A stretch of 64,000 nucleotides of DNA. It comes from a virus (taxonomy: Duplodnaviria; Caudoviricetes). Numbering within the stretch: position 1 is the stretch's first letter; every line of letters begins with the position of its first letter. The position numbers were made by a program, and so were the translations under genes. The DNA is taken from IMG/VR virus record IMGVR_UViG_3300014205_000174, one strand, 5' to 3'. The notes beneath the pieces were generated by a model, which was not told where the DNA came from, ran no database searches, and saw nothing but the letters and a program-made list of their open reading frames with translations. Of the stretch, positions 41,101 to 52,664 are shown in pieces.

Positions 41101-44100
41101 AGCATCTGACGGCTCTATTTTTCCAGGGAACAAAGCATTGAGCTCCGCCTGGAGCGCAACGGCTGTGGATTCATTCATGCTGATTTCAACATCTACCTTA
41201 TGCACGTACTTTTCATGCAGGTAGATTGTTTTTTGTTTCGTTGAGTTTTCAAGTACCTGAAAGATTATGGTACTGGCTCCTTCGTATAGTGTTTTCTTTT
41301 CCATTATTAATCAATATTTATTGCGCTGCCAACAGGCGTGAGCACTAGCATTTGTTTGTTTTTAGTCACCTCTCCGCATGCGATAACTTCACGAAATAAA
41401 GGCAATACCGCATCAAAGTTTGCCGACTTGGCTTTACCAGCCTTGTATAGTTTATAGTTTACCAAGTCGTTGTGCACAACGGCATAAAGCTTCCAGCCAT
41501 CGCGCATTAACCGCAGAATTGCTTTCTGCTTTTCCGTGAGATTGATTTTATTTTCCATTTTAAATTTTCTTTTTACAGCCTGTCATATCGGTTCTACGCT
41601 GGCGTGTTAGAAAGTAATGGTGCGCCATAAACCTCCTCTGTCTGCTAAGTTTTTCTGTGCAGCATTAACTACCGCCTTACAAGCATCGTCATAATCGAGG
41701 TAATAGCAAAATGATGGGCCTTTCTCTCCGACGTATTTACCTTTCATGTGCTCAACGCTACCGCTATCTATAAGCATTATGTATCGCGGATTCCTTGGCA
41801 TCTTGCCGCCATAGTACCATGACTTTATGTGCGTGGGCGTTACCTCATGCAAATCTGCGCCTAATGGCACATTGTCAAAATCGGATAGTTGCGTTATTTT
41901 CATCTTTGGTTGTATTAAATGTTATTTGCGTTCTGACGGAGAATTATATCGTTGGTAGATGTAAAAATGCTTGCCGGTTTCTTCGGTGCACCTTTCCATG
42001 AGCGTATCCCCAAATATTTCTTTAATCTGGGTGAATGATTCGTCATGGTCTTTTTCTGAAAGACTTGGGTGAAACTTTAACTCCCATTTAATGGATTTAT
42101 CCCCCATTTCAACCTCAATAACTGCGGTTGGGAATAGTTGTCTTAGCCTTTTTTGGTAGCGGGTAATGTCCATTGTGGTGTCTTTACCCTGTGGCGCATT
42201 GCCTTTCAAAAACAAACTGGCAATTTCAGCAAAAGCCGCACCGCTTATCACTATGTAACTATTCCCTTGCCATAAGCAAAGATTTCCGCTTTGACTTATT
42301 CCGGCCTCTATCTTAGGATGCGCATTCCCTGATTCTATAAATTTAGTTTCCATTGCTAACGTGTTTTTCGTAAAAAATCAGTAAAATAACTGTTCGGTGT
42401 TTGAGTCTACTATTCTGACAAATTCATCCCTCGTTAAAGGCCTGTATCCAGCTTCATCCTTGTTAAGGTAATCCGCAACGCAATCTTTTGTAAAGCCTAT
42501 CGGAAACACCATGCCGTCTGTAGCAACGGAAATCAGGCAATACTGTTGGTTGTGCGCCCGATTTTCCTCTCCGCCAGTGCCCCCTGGGCCAAAATAGCCG
42601 AAACCAATTTTGTAAGTAACGGTGCACGCAAACGATGTGTCGATGCTGTTTTTAGGGGATGTTTCTTTTATTAGAAGCATTCCCGATTTTATGTCTTTGG
42701 GTAAAAATATATTTTTCATGTTTTATTGTTTTTAATAAACGGTGCTTTTATCTGACAAAATAAGCCTCTTTCTTTTTGCCTCTGATTTATGCATATCAAT
42801 ATACAATGATTGAAAGCATCCACCCGACTCATACCCTACATGCACATCATGGTTGGGTTGGATTGCCGACTCCTGATAATGCGTGGCCAGAGACAACCTA
42901 TCGGCGTAAGGCATATCTATAATTTTAGTTTTCTTTCGTTTCACGCGCTTACTTTTTGTTTAAATGCCCCTGTGGTTTGTAAACAAGTTCTTTTTGATGA
43001 ACTGGGCAATGCTTGCTTTCATTCATCCATTTGTTTTGTTTGGGTGTCGGGAACTTCGCGAATGACACCAATGCCCGTGATGTATAATTACACCCTTCTA
43101 TTGGACAACTCGTTGTCTTTTTATGACCTTGGTGGTGGCTCATTGCTTGTTGCTTGTTTCCGGCAAAATACCTGATTTTATACAATGCTCTTCATATAGG
43201 GTCACTAGTTGCTCATTGGTAACGATGCCGTCTGTTTTAGCCATTCTTCGCTCTTCGCATCTCCAGTATGTATTCAAGTCAATCCAATTAATGAAATTGA
43301 GCAGGTGTAATTTCGGGAGATTATTTTGATTGTCGTTTTCGTTTAGCATATTTCTAATTTATAAAATAGTGGTATTTAAAATGCCCCGGACGCAATTAAC
43401 CTGTAGTGCTTCTCAGTTGGCTCCAGTAAACCAACATCAAAGATATCGTCGTCAGTTTTCTTTGGGTACCGTTTAAGAAACTTTTTCTTAGCATCTTCCT
43501 CGGTGGCAGCTTTAACTGGCTGCACCGCAGTACCCAGTTTACCCATAAACCATATCGTAAAAATTGGTAGTTTTTTCATGTTGTTGTTGATGTTAAGTTA
43601 CGCGTCCTTTGCGTTTATCAATACCTCTCCATCATCTCCGGGCGAGGCGTAGTCTACGGTTATTTTACCGTCTGTATTTTCCACAGAGGATATGTCTATT
43701 ATCACTTCTGCGTCCTGGTCTAAGTGGCGCAATTCCGACATCAATTGAGATACTGTCATTTTGATTAAGTTAAAGTTGAATTTATTTATAAAATCTTGTT
43801 TTCTTTTTTTAATACTTAACAATCTTTTCTTCAAAGTCAGCAAGAGTTATCTCACCGCTATTTAATTGCAGCAGCATTGACCTGCCATGCGCAACCCCCT
43901 CGTTATAAATCTTATTGCGCTCATTTGCAATCACCTCTTTTCTTTGAGTCTCTACAGATGCAAATCCATCGCGCAATTCTGCCTGTTGCAACCCTAATGC
44001 ATCTACAATTTTCTTTAACGCATCTGCATATTTCTTTGAGATAATTACGCTTTTTGATGAAGTGGTGGCGCTACAATCCGTTAAATCTACGCGACTGGTA

Positions 44101-44946
44101 AACCCAACCCGCCTGGCCATCGCATCCAAAAGTTCGAAAAAAGCCTCTTCTATTTCTACACCATGGTGTTCGTGATTATAGAATCTAAGTTTATACCACT
44201 GCGCACTTGCCATTGTATAGTCCTCTGGCCGATAATCATTCCTCAATTCCTTACCAATGGTGTATACCTTAAGGCAATCGTCACATAGTTTATTAATGTG
44301 TATGCGGGGGCACTCCTTGCCGGATTTCCCACAGCCCTGGCACGGCTTTTCACCTTCGTACTTTTTCATAGTTAATTTAATTCACCACAAGCATATCTAT
44401 CCTTGTAGTATTTTCCGTTTGTCAAATATTGTTGAAACTCCTTTTCGGTAATCATAATGGCCAATTCAATAGAAACCAAACAAAAAGGAACACGCCTTAC
44501 TACCCTGCGACCACACCTGCATTCATAAATAACCTCCCGCCAATTAAAGCTAACATACCTGGCAACTACCGGCACACTATGTAAATGAATATGCAACTTG
44601 CTTTTTATGTATTCAAAAATGCTCACCATATTAGCTGTATTGAAAGTTATTTCATTAGTTTTTCAACGTTTCTTATGCTTTCTTCGTCAACAGAAACCCA
44701 TGCATCTTCATACGTGGGCAGTATTAAGGCCTGTTCGTCATAACACAAAACATGGCCCTTTTTTCTTATTATAATCCGGGATTTTTGCCAAAACATATTT
44801 ACAAACTGCTTTGCGTATTCAATCGCCGCAAGTTCGTGATTGTCCGGGTACTTCTCCAACATCTGCTTTGCCGTTAGCAAATCTTTAGACCGCGTTGGAC
44901 TTACTGTAGAATGGTTTTCCATATTTTCGTTTATACACCCTGTAAT

Positions 44947-44961
44947 GCAAATCCCGTGCCA
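44947..44961 (-). promoter_or_regulatory. sigma54-type promoter heading the leftward gene run
   Basis: TGGCACG-GGAT-TTGC. Confidence 0.85.
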
Positions 44962-45014
44962 AATAAAAAGCGCTGGCAAAAAACCAGCGCTGTAGTATAT
45001 AATGTAAGATTATG

Positions 45015-45299
45015 CTATGAAACCACGTTCAAAGCACCAATAAGCCTATTTTCCATCTTCTTGCGCAGCTTGTCGCCGTGCTTGATGAATAAAATGCGAT
45101 GGGCCTGGTGATTTGCTCGCTCATTTGTTATATCGTATATCTTGGAAATGGTCACACCCATCTGGTCTGCCAGTTTCTCGCTCCAGTTAATATCCAGCCG
45201 CCTAAGCGATGCGGCCATGTCCTTTATATGGTCGATGGTGATTTCATTAACCACCTCATTACCATGCATTTTTTCAATATTTTCGGTATCGGTCTTCAT
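45015..45299 (-). CDS. Putative HTH regulator at the divergent switch
   Basis: WSEKLADQMGVTISKIYDITN; transcribed divergently from the replication operon. Confidence 0.45.
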   Translation of the reverse strand: MKTDTENIEKMHGNEVVNEITIDHIKDMAASLRRLDINWSEKLADQMGVTISKIYDITNERANHQAHRILFIKHGDKLRKKMENRLIGALNVVS

Positions 45300-45324
45300 T
45301 AAATAACTTTTCACAAATGTAAAA

Positions 45325-45376
45325 AAAGTTTGGGTTTTCTTTGTGGAAAGTTTGGAGAAAGTTTGGGTTTTCTTTG
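45325..45376. promoter_or_regulatory. Direct-repeat operator in the divergent intergenic region
   Basis: AAAGTTTGGGTTTTCTTTG at 45325 and 45358, with a partial AAAGTTTGG at 45347. Confidence 0.6.
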
Positions 45377-45867
45377 GAATTTGTTAGAAAGTGTAAAAAA
45401 TCTTTCTTTACTTTGTCCCCCTCCAATTAGTTTTTTATGTCCGTGATAACAAGGAAGCATATAGATATGGCCTCGAAGCTATACAAGATGATGGATTATG
45501 TAAAAGAAGCCAGATTACGGAGCCCGGATACATACAAAACCGTAGAGACGCTGCTTAAGAACTACTCCGCAGCACACAAACTTACTATCCTGGAAGCAGC
45601 AATAGAAATAGCAAAAGACCACGAAGGGATGCAAGTCATGTGGCTTCTGGGTGTAGCGGGTATCCTATCAGAAGAAAAAGAAGACGCGCCAGCCCCAACT
45701 TAGTTATCCCACGCCAGCCCCAAACCACTATCAATAAATTAAACACCACTTACCTCCACATCCTACCTCATTAACTACCAGCAACTTACAACGCAATTAC
45801 TTTTTTATCGAAACCTAACTACAGTCCGCAATGGCCTTTTTTTTATCTCAAAAACTCTTTGTCGCTT

Positions 45868-46737
45868 ATTTTGCCGCAGCAAAAGGTGCAGCGAAGTGCG
45901 TAGCAACATGCGCAACTGGTTTCAATTCAATACACAGCACGAATAAATATGGCACGCATTTTGCTGTCATACACTTTGATTCTCCATTTTTCACCTTATG
46001 AATTTCAAAAGCAACACACCGAGGGGCCACCCAGGGTAATCTTTTTGATTACTTTTTTACAAATCAACTACATACACTATATTTTATTACCAATATAACT
46101 AAAAGACATTCCCGGAATGGCTCTTTTTTCGCTCAAATTCTGTTTGATTAATTCTTTGCTCAGCATTTTGCCGCAGCAAAATTTACAGCAAGTGTGCAAT
46201 CAAATAGTTCACCAACCTCATTTTTTACCACAATCACACATTTATGTCGACCAGAAAGAAGGAATACTACATGAAGTTCAATGTAAAGGACTTCATGACC
46301 GACCAAAAGCTCCAGGAGTGCGGCCCAGCGGCCAATGGAGTCTACATTCACATACTTTGCGTGCTCTTTAATTCTGAAGAAAGGGGCAGATATTTATTCA
46401 AAACGGACGAAATAAAGCAATTTGCAGACATTTTGCCGCAGCAAAATGCGCAGCAAATAAATCAGCAAACGGAACAGCAAATAAAAAACATTTGCTGTGT
46501 TTTTGCCGGACGACTTGTTAAACATTTGCCGTTTTCAGAAAGAGAGGTTGAGTCTGGTTTAGTGGAGCTTATATTAAATAATGTATTATACTTTGAAGGC
46601 TTTTATCTATGTCAAAAAAGGATGATTCATGACGCAAGTGTAAGTAAATCAAGGAGTAACGCTGGCCGTAAAGGTGCAATGGTCACAAACAGCAGAAAAA
46701 ACGGGGCAAATCCGGGTGTAATTTTGCCGCAGCAAAA
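45868..46737 (+). repeat. Four iteron-like repeats (candidate replication origin)
   Basis: ATTTTGCCGCAGCAAAA at 45868, 46165, 46430 and 46721, upstream of and inside the initiator-like gene. Confidence 0.75.
45950..45964 (+). promoter_or_regulatory. sigma54-type promoter upstream of the replication initiator
   Basis: TGGCACG-CATT-TTGC. Confidence 0.8.
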
Positions 46738-47326
46738 TGCGCAGCAAAAGAAGCGGCTAAGTAAACAGCAAAATCCTAACTATAACTATAGTAATAAAGA
46801 AGTAGTAGTTAATAAGGATAAAAAGGGGGTATTACGTAATACGGGAGGGGGTACGGGGGAAAAAAAATCTGGGGGAAAAAAAGGATTAAACGATTTAAAC
46901 GAAATTGAAAACAAAATGATGAATCAACTTTACGAGGTAAACGATTTCCTGGAGCTTTACTTCAGAGACCGCAAGTATGCATCGCCAAGGGAAAGCCTGG
47001 CGGCGTCCAAATACATGGACTTGGAAACACTTGAGGAGTGGGCCAAAGCATTCAATAAATTCCTGGTGATAAGCGGCGCTGACCTTGATGACGATGGCCG
47101 CACTGTGAAAACCAACGCAGACTGGGTAAGGCACTTCGGGTTCTGGCTGGCAAAGCAAGACCTGAATCAGAATCCTCAAAAAATTAACGAAGAAAAAAAT
47201 AAAAATCACAATGGAAAGCAAAAACAGCACAGCAGTGCAGCAAACGGAACAGGCGGAAATGTTGATATACTCTCAACGTTCGCAAAAATTGATTCAGTGC
47301 TTAGGAATAATGGAAAGCACGGATGA
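46244..47326 (+). CDS. Phage replication initiator / replisome organiser-like protein
   Basis: YMKFNVKDFMTD...GVYIHILC N-terminus (DUF1376/YdaU-like), RSNAGRKG, low-complexity linker containing iterons. Confidence 0.7.
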   Translation: MSTRKKEYYMKFNVKDFMTDQKLQECGPAANGVYIHILCVLFNSEERGRYLFKTDEIKQFADILPQQNAQQINQQTEQQIKNICCVFAGRLVKHLPFSEREVESGLVELILNNVLYFEGFYLCQKRMIHDASVSKSRSNAGRKGAMVTNSRKNGANPGVILPQQNAQQKKRLSKQQNPNYNYSNKEVVVNKDKKGVLRNTGGGTGEKKSGGKKGLNDLNEIENKMMNQLYEVNDFLELYFRDRKYASPRESLAASKYMDLETLEEWAKAFNKFLVISGADLDDDGRTVKTNADWVRHFGFWLAKQDLNQNPQKINEEKNKNHNGKQKQHSSAANGTGGNVDILSTFAKIDSVLRNNGKHG

Positions 47327-48215
47327 AAATGCACGGTCTGTCGCAAAATACGAATTAGTAATTCTAACCACCGAGCTTATGCCGGCAGGGGTGCCTGATT
47401 TAGCTGGCGTCGTGAATTATCCGAGCATACAGTCTTTGTTGAAAAGTTTAGGATATTCAAATATGCTAAAATTACTAATTCTGATGGTTAAGGATTTTTG
47501 CGGGAGCTTCAACATCAAGTACAACATGAACGGCGAGCAGATGCTTGAGGCGGCGGCTATGCTGCTTGACGAATGCGATAATTTCCGGCTTGAGGACTAC
47601 CACATCATGTTCACGCTTGGGAAAAGAGGGCGGTTGGTGGATGTGATGCACGAACTTGATATTTCGGTTATCAGCAAAATGGTCGACGAGTACTACCGGC
47701 TTAGACGTCAGGCTGGGGAAAAAGTGTATGAGCAGCAGGAATTAGCGACAAGGAACCTAGCCGCCAGTAAAAACCTGCTTTTACCAGCTCCGGACGGCAA
47801 CTCCGAAAAAACAGAAGCGGATTTGGAGTCGGAGAAGCGCTTCTCCGAAGTCACTAGGATGTTGACCGACTGGAAACGTAACGACGACCACGCCAGGATG
47901 CAGCAAATGCGGCAGCACCAGGAGCAATGGGCGCAGCAATTTTCCAACCATTCCGGCATAGACGTGAATGAAATCCTGGCCCAGTTCGGGAAAAATAAAA
48001 AATCAGCAAGGCTTAACGACACGGAAAAAAGTATCCTTGGCGTATACCGCATCCTGCGCAGCAACCAAAAGCTACTGAACGAGGTGCTGAAAAAATGCGA
48101 AATCACCATAGATGATTTCGTGAATCTGGGGAACTTAAACTTTCATGATAAAAATAAAATAGATGTTTTTATAAAAACCGGAAATAAACTAATTTCTGAA
48201 AACTACCGGAAATAG
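47211..48215 (+). CDS. Putative replication partner protein
   Basis: Overlaps the end of the initiator-like gene; position typical of a helicase loader; no diagnostic motif. Confidence 0.35.
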   Translation: MESKNSTAVQQTEQAEMLIYSQRSQKLIQCLGIMESTDENARSVAKYELVILTTELMPAGVPDLAGVVNYPSIQSLLKSLGYSNMLKLLILMVKDFCGSFNIKYNMNGEQMLEAAAMLLDECDNFRLEDYHIMFTLGKRGRLVDVMHELDISVISKMVDEYYRLRRQAGEKVYEQQELATRNLAASKNLLLPAPDGNSEKTEADLESEKRFSEVTRMLTDWKRNDDHARMQQMRQHQEQWAQQFSNHSGIDVNEILAQFGKNKKSARLNDTEKSILGVYRILRSNQKLLNEVLKKCEITIDDFVNLGNLNFHDKNKIDVFIKTGNKLISENYRK

Positions 48216-48409
48216 ACAAAAAACATGCCATTGCGTGTAGTTGGGTTAGGGGCTCCCTGTTTGTGGAAATTTAGCCACATAAATGCGGCAAAAAGCACGA
48301 CTTTAATAAAAGCATGCCAACCTATGTTAAAATGAATTAAAAATAATTAAAATATAGTTAAAAACAAGGAAAGTGCTAGGTGGGGTAAAAAAACTAAGTT
48401 TTTGAAATC

Positions 48410-48424
48410 CGGCACGCAAATTGA
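48410..48424 (+). promoter_or_regulatory. sigma54-type promoter
   Basis: CGGCACG-CAAA-TTGA. Confidence 0.6.
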
Positions 48425-48466
48425 TGTATATTCTTTAACACACAAAAAAACAAAAAATCAACTTTT

Positions 48467-49171
48467 ATGGGACGTCCTGCAATCGGCATAAAAATAGAGT
48501 GTAAAAAGCGGTTTTATACCTACGGAAGTTGTGTATATAAACTTTTTTACAATAAGGTGTATGTTTGGGTAAAGGCGAAGAATTGTTACGGGTCATTGAA
48601 AATGATTGAAAAATCAATGAACCAGTATATGAAGGGTGCGGAATCCCAAATGAAGGACGATAATCTGTATAAATACTTCTTTGATTATATAAAGAAGCAT
48701 AAAAACGGCACTTTTAATGTAGAGGTGTTGTCGGAGCCTGAAGCAACAGATTACGAGCTACTGATGCTGGAGGAGGAAATGGTCAAACAATCCCGGACTG
48801 ATACCAAGTGTCTTAATAATATAAGTGGTGCGTATATAAATCAGTGGAATCCCGAAACGGGAGAATACAACTGGTTGTCCAGGGCTAGTGTGGCTAACTT
48901 CATCCGTAACAGGAGAAGGGTGGTTAGTTTGTCTAAGAAGAAAAAGAAAAAAGCTAGCCTGGCTGAGGTGGGTGCATCTGAGGTGAAATCAAAAAAGAGT
49001 GCATCTTCTTCTGTGAGAAAATCGGCGAAGAAAAAAAGTGCGCCTGCGAAGGCTGGTAAAAAGAAAGCTGCGGGTAAAAGTGCGGCGAAGGCCAAGACGG
49101 CTGTTAAAAAGGTAGTTGCCGCGAAGAAAAAGCTAGCCCCAGTTAAAAAAGCTACCAGTAAGAAAAAATAA
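48467..49171 (+). CDS. Degenerate GIY-YIG-like domain with histone H1-like Lys/Ala tail
   Basis: CVYKL...VWVK, E.E...KCLN; C-terminal AKKKSAPAKAGKKKAAGKSAAKAK... Confidence 0.5.
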   Translation: MGRPAIGIKIECKKRFYTYGSCVYKLFYNKVYVWVKAKNCYGSLKMIEKSMNQYMKGAESQMKDDNLYKYFFDYIKKHKNGTFNVEVLSEPEATDYELLMLEEEMVKQSRTDTKCLNNISGAYINQWNPETGEYNWLSRASVANFIRNRRRVVSLSKKKKKKASLAEVGASEVKSKKSASSSVRKSAKKKSAPAKAGKKKAAGKSAAKAKTAVKKVVAAKKKLAPVKKATSKKK

Positions 49172-49832
49172 AGGCATTATAATTTGGTAATCATGAGCAA
49201 GCGAAATATTAAAAAAGCAGATGTTGTCTGGAGTGAGCAGGAAAATTTAAACGCCACAGCTTCGGCATTACATGGCTACTATTCCAACGAAAGGGTATGT
49301 GGCATTGGAGTTTATACTGGCGAATCTCATTTAGGGAATTCTGCCCTGTGTAATAAAAAAATGGGCGTATCTGAAGATGGCGAAATTTTTTTACCTATTG
49401 CCGATGTGCCGGTATCGAAACTTAATAAAAACGCGGCATGTAAAAGGTGCCTGAGGATTTTTGATAACATTGTTTAACCCAGAAAGGTAAATTAGGGGAT
49501 ATGGAGAGGCACCCAAAATTCGTAATAGTTGGCGATAACCTTTATATGGGAAAAGTTGTTTATCACAAGGAACTAATAAATACTGGCGATGTTGTATTGG
49601 GTGGCGGGTATTTTTTATACAACGATAAAGACGATTCATTTACGTTCTATGGGGATAGCCACGACTTCGGGCGGGCAACTGAAGAGCAGGTAAGGAATGC
49701 GGTTGAGAAAGGCAATGTAGGTGAAAGATGCAGGCCGCAACGATACGCGCAGCATAATTTGTATTACACGTATGATATTGGCCTTATGTCCGAGCGGGTG
49801 AAACTTAACAATAGAAACAGAAACCCAAAAAG

Positions 49833-50294
49833 ATGAATGGTGAAATAAGCCTTTTGGCCGAAGATTTGAGAATAGGCAACTGGATACACAGCGAAGGTAA
49901 GAACTACAAAGTTTTAGCCATTGACCCGCTGAATGTATATCAGGACTGTAAAGGAACTATTCAGATAGAAACAGCAAAGCACGACATTGTTGGCAGGTGG
50001 CTGCATAGGTGCTCTCCAATTTTATTGACGCCGGAAATATTGGAGAAAGCAGGGTTTGAGCAAAATGGTTTTAAGGCGTGGGATATATCAATTAACCCAC
50101 ACAAGGGCGGGCATAAGGTTTTGAGTTTTAGCGGGGACTACCTATACATAAAAGAGGGTTCGAACATTTTTGCTGCAAAAGATGATGATATTGTTTGCTT
50201 GTGGAATAAAGATTTAATGAAGGTGTTTTACCTGCACCAACTTCAAAACCTTTACTTCGCGCTTTGCGGTACCGAGCTAAAAATAGAAATGTAA
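49833..50294 (+). CDS. Bacteroidota-phage family protein (paralog)
   Basis: DLRIGN, PILLTPEILEKAGF, YLHQLQNLYFALCGTEL. Confidence 0.65.
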   Translation: MNGEISLLAEDLRIGNWIHSEGKNYKVLAIDPLNVYQDCKGTIQIETAKHDIVGRWLHRCSPILLTPEILEKAGFEQNGFKAWDISINPHKGGHKVLSFSGDYLYIKEGSNIFAAKDDDIVCLWNKDLMKVFYLHQLQNLYFALCGTELKIEM

Positions 50295-50978
50295 TGGATA
50301 ATAAAACAAGTAAATTAGTGAATACCTCTGCATTTGAGAGGGCGTGCAAAAATCTTGCAATGGGCAATAATATACACCGTGGATTTAATCGGGCTGAAAT
50401 AATTGATTCCCTAAATAATCCCGGTGTTTTTACAAATGGCATAAAAGCGGAGGTGACGGAATCCTGTGGCAGTGTGCAGGTAAAAGTGTGGTATAGCGAA
50501 GAGTACTGGGTCTCGGCATCTTAAAAATTCACTTAAATAACCTGGTTAAAGCGAAAATTATGGGCATCGTACTACTGAGAAAACTTACCGTAAAATCAAT
50601 TATAGGGTTTGGTGCATATAGGGATTTGCGGGTGCAGGATTTGATAAATCTAAAAAGACACAAAGAACTTATAAACATTTACTACAATCTCGGTAATATT
50701 GATTTTTCCGAGGAAGTAAAGGAGTATTGCTGTATAACCCCGGACAGGGAAATAACTAAACCTGGTAAAGACAATAGTGCGTATAGATTTTTTGTCGGCG
50801 ATTGTCTGTACGATATAATAGGCCGGGACGACAGTTACAATAAGAACAATGAATATAAATTAAGGAATGAAGTTCGGCTTTTGCGCAAATCAGAACAAAA
50901 TGCAAAAGTAAAGGCTAATGTAATTCGTCAAAACAAAGAGAAAAGCAAAATCCATAATAGAAACAGAAACCAAAAAAG

Positions 50979-51461
50979 ATGAAAGGTAAAATAAGCCTGT
51001 TGGCTGGGGATTTGAGAGTAAATAATATTGTACGCCTTAATAATCTGGAGTATCACCCCGAATTTAATGGCAGGCTGTGTATTGTGCAGGGTGTGCAGGC
51101 TAACAATGCTAATGGTTGTGTGGTTTGGTTAAGGGTTGCAGGGGATTTGCCCATACATGAAAAGATAGTCAGCAATATTTGCCAGCTCATTGAGTATGTA
51201 GCGCCGGTAGAGCTGACGCCGGAAATATTGGAGAAGTGCGGGTTTGAAAGGAAATTTAATTATGCCTCCAATAGAAATTCCTTCCACGTAAGTAGTAAGG
51301 GTAGGGACTTTGCATTAGAGGTTATTGATGAAAATCAATGGTCTTTTTATCAGATTAATAACGTGGGTATGATTCATAGGCTCGCTTCATTACAATACCT
51401 GCACCAGCTACAGAATCTCTATTACACGCTTTGCGGTACCGAGCTAAACATTAACTTGTAA
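50979..51461 (+). CDS. Bacteroidota-phage family protein (paralog)
   Basis: DLRVNN, PVELTPEILEKCGF, YLHQLQNLYYTLCGTEL. Confidence 0.65.
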   Translation: MKGKISLLAGDLRVNNIVRLNNLEYHPEFNGRLCIVQGVQANNANGCVVWLRVAGDLPIHEKIVSNICQLIEYVAPVELTPEILEKCGFERKFNYASNRNSFHVSSKGRDFALEVIDENQWSFYQINNVGMIHRLASLQYLHQLQNLYYTLCGTELNINL

Positions 51462-51982
51462 CTACCAGGCGTATGAAAAAGAGAGACACTAAGGAGCAGG
51501 CAATCATAGTAGCCCTTTGCCGTTGTGCGTTGGCTATTAATCCGACAGCCGCCACCAAACATCAGGTTAATAGATTAAGAGACCACTATAGGGATGTTGG
51601 CAATGATATCTCGTCAAACAAGATTGATAGAGTAATAAATGCTAGTGATGAAAATAGAGAAGATTTCAAAATTGTCAGAAGTGAACTGGATAAGGAAAAA
51701 GAGAAAGCGGAGTTTATTCAAAAGGTCTTTACAGAGTTTAAATGTAATTTAGAATTGGCATTTGAAAGGAAATTAAGCTTTTATAAAACGTGTCATCCTG
51801 AATTGACATACCACCATTGCGAAATACAGCCTTTAGATAAAGATGGCCATAAGTTGTTTGTTGTGCTTCACTTTGAATTTGAACAAAGCGAATTAAACCC
51901 AGCAAGACTGAGTGAACTTGTAACAGCCATGCGCGAAGCAGGAAAATAAATATTCTCACCAACTAAATAATAATCACACAAA

Positions 51983-52528
51983 ATGTATAGGCCAACAGCT
52001 AAAAGTTATTTTTCCGGAGCCGGAGGAATGGATATCGGCATGATGAATGCCGGAATAAACATGCAGCAATCATTAGACCTGGATAAGGACGCGGTGGATT
52101 GTATGCACAAGAACCCGAAATATTTTTCTCACTCTATTATTCACGGGGACATAAAGGATATTACCGTACTTGAGCAGGAGTTTACAGATATTGTCATTGG
52201 TACATATCCGTGTACGGCATACTCAACGGCTGCTGATATTCACGGTACCAGGACTGGAGACGACTTGTTTCTTCATTTTTTCCGGCATGTAGCAATAGGT
52301 CAGCCGGAGATGTATGTTCTGGAGAATGTGCCTGGGATGAAGAAGTTTCCGGTCGTTATGGAGGCCATGAGTAAGATTCCCGGATATTACATAAATATAT
52401 TTTGCCCACTGGATGCGTCTATCTGGTTGCCGCAACGCAGAAAACGATTAATTCTAATAGGGACAAAAAAGCCATTTACAATAAGTGCCCCTCAGTCTCC
52501 GTTGCGTAAAAAATCTGGCAACTACTGA
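51983..52528 (+). pseudogene. C5-cytosine DNA methyltransferase truncated by the element at 52517
   Basis: Motifs I FSGAGG, IV YPC, VI ENV, VIII Q.R.R present; TRD and motifs IX-X missing; stop codon supplied by the TIR. Confidence 0.85.
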
Positions 52529-52664
52529 CGTGTTTGGCTGAAAATAATTCATAATGTGATGCTAAGTTAAGTCAATCCTGCAATACAGATATAAGCGGTT
52601 TAAAAAAAGTTATCCATAAGTTTGGCTTTTAACTCTACACAATCTTACATCTACCCGGTTGGAA

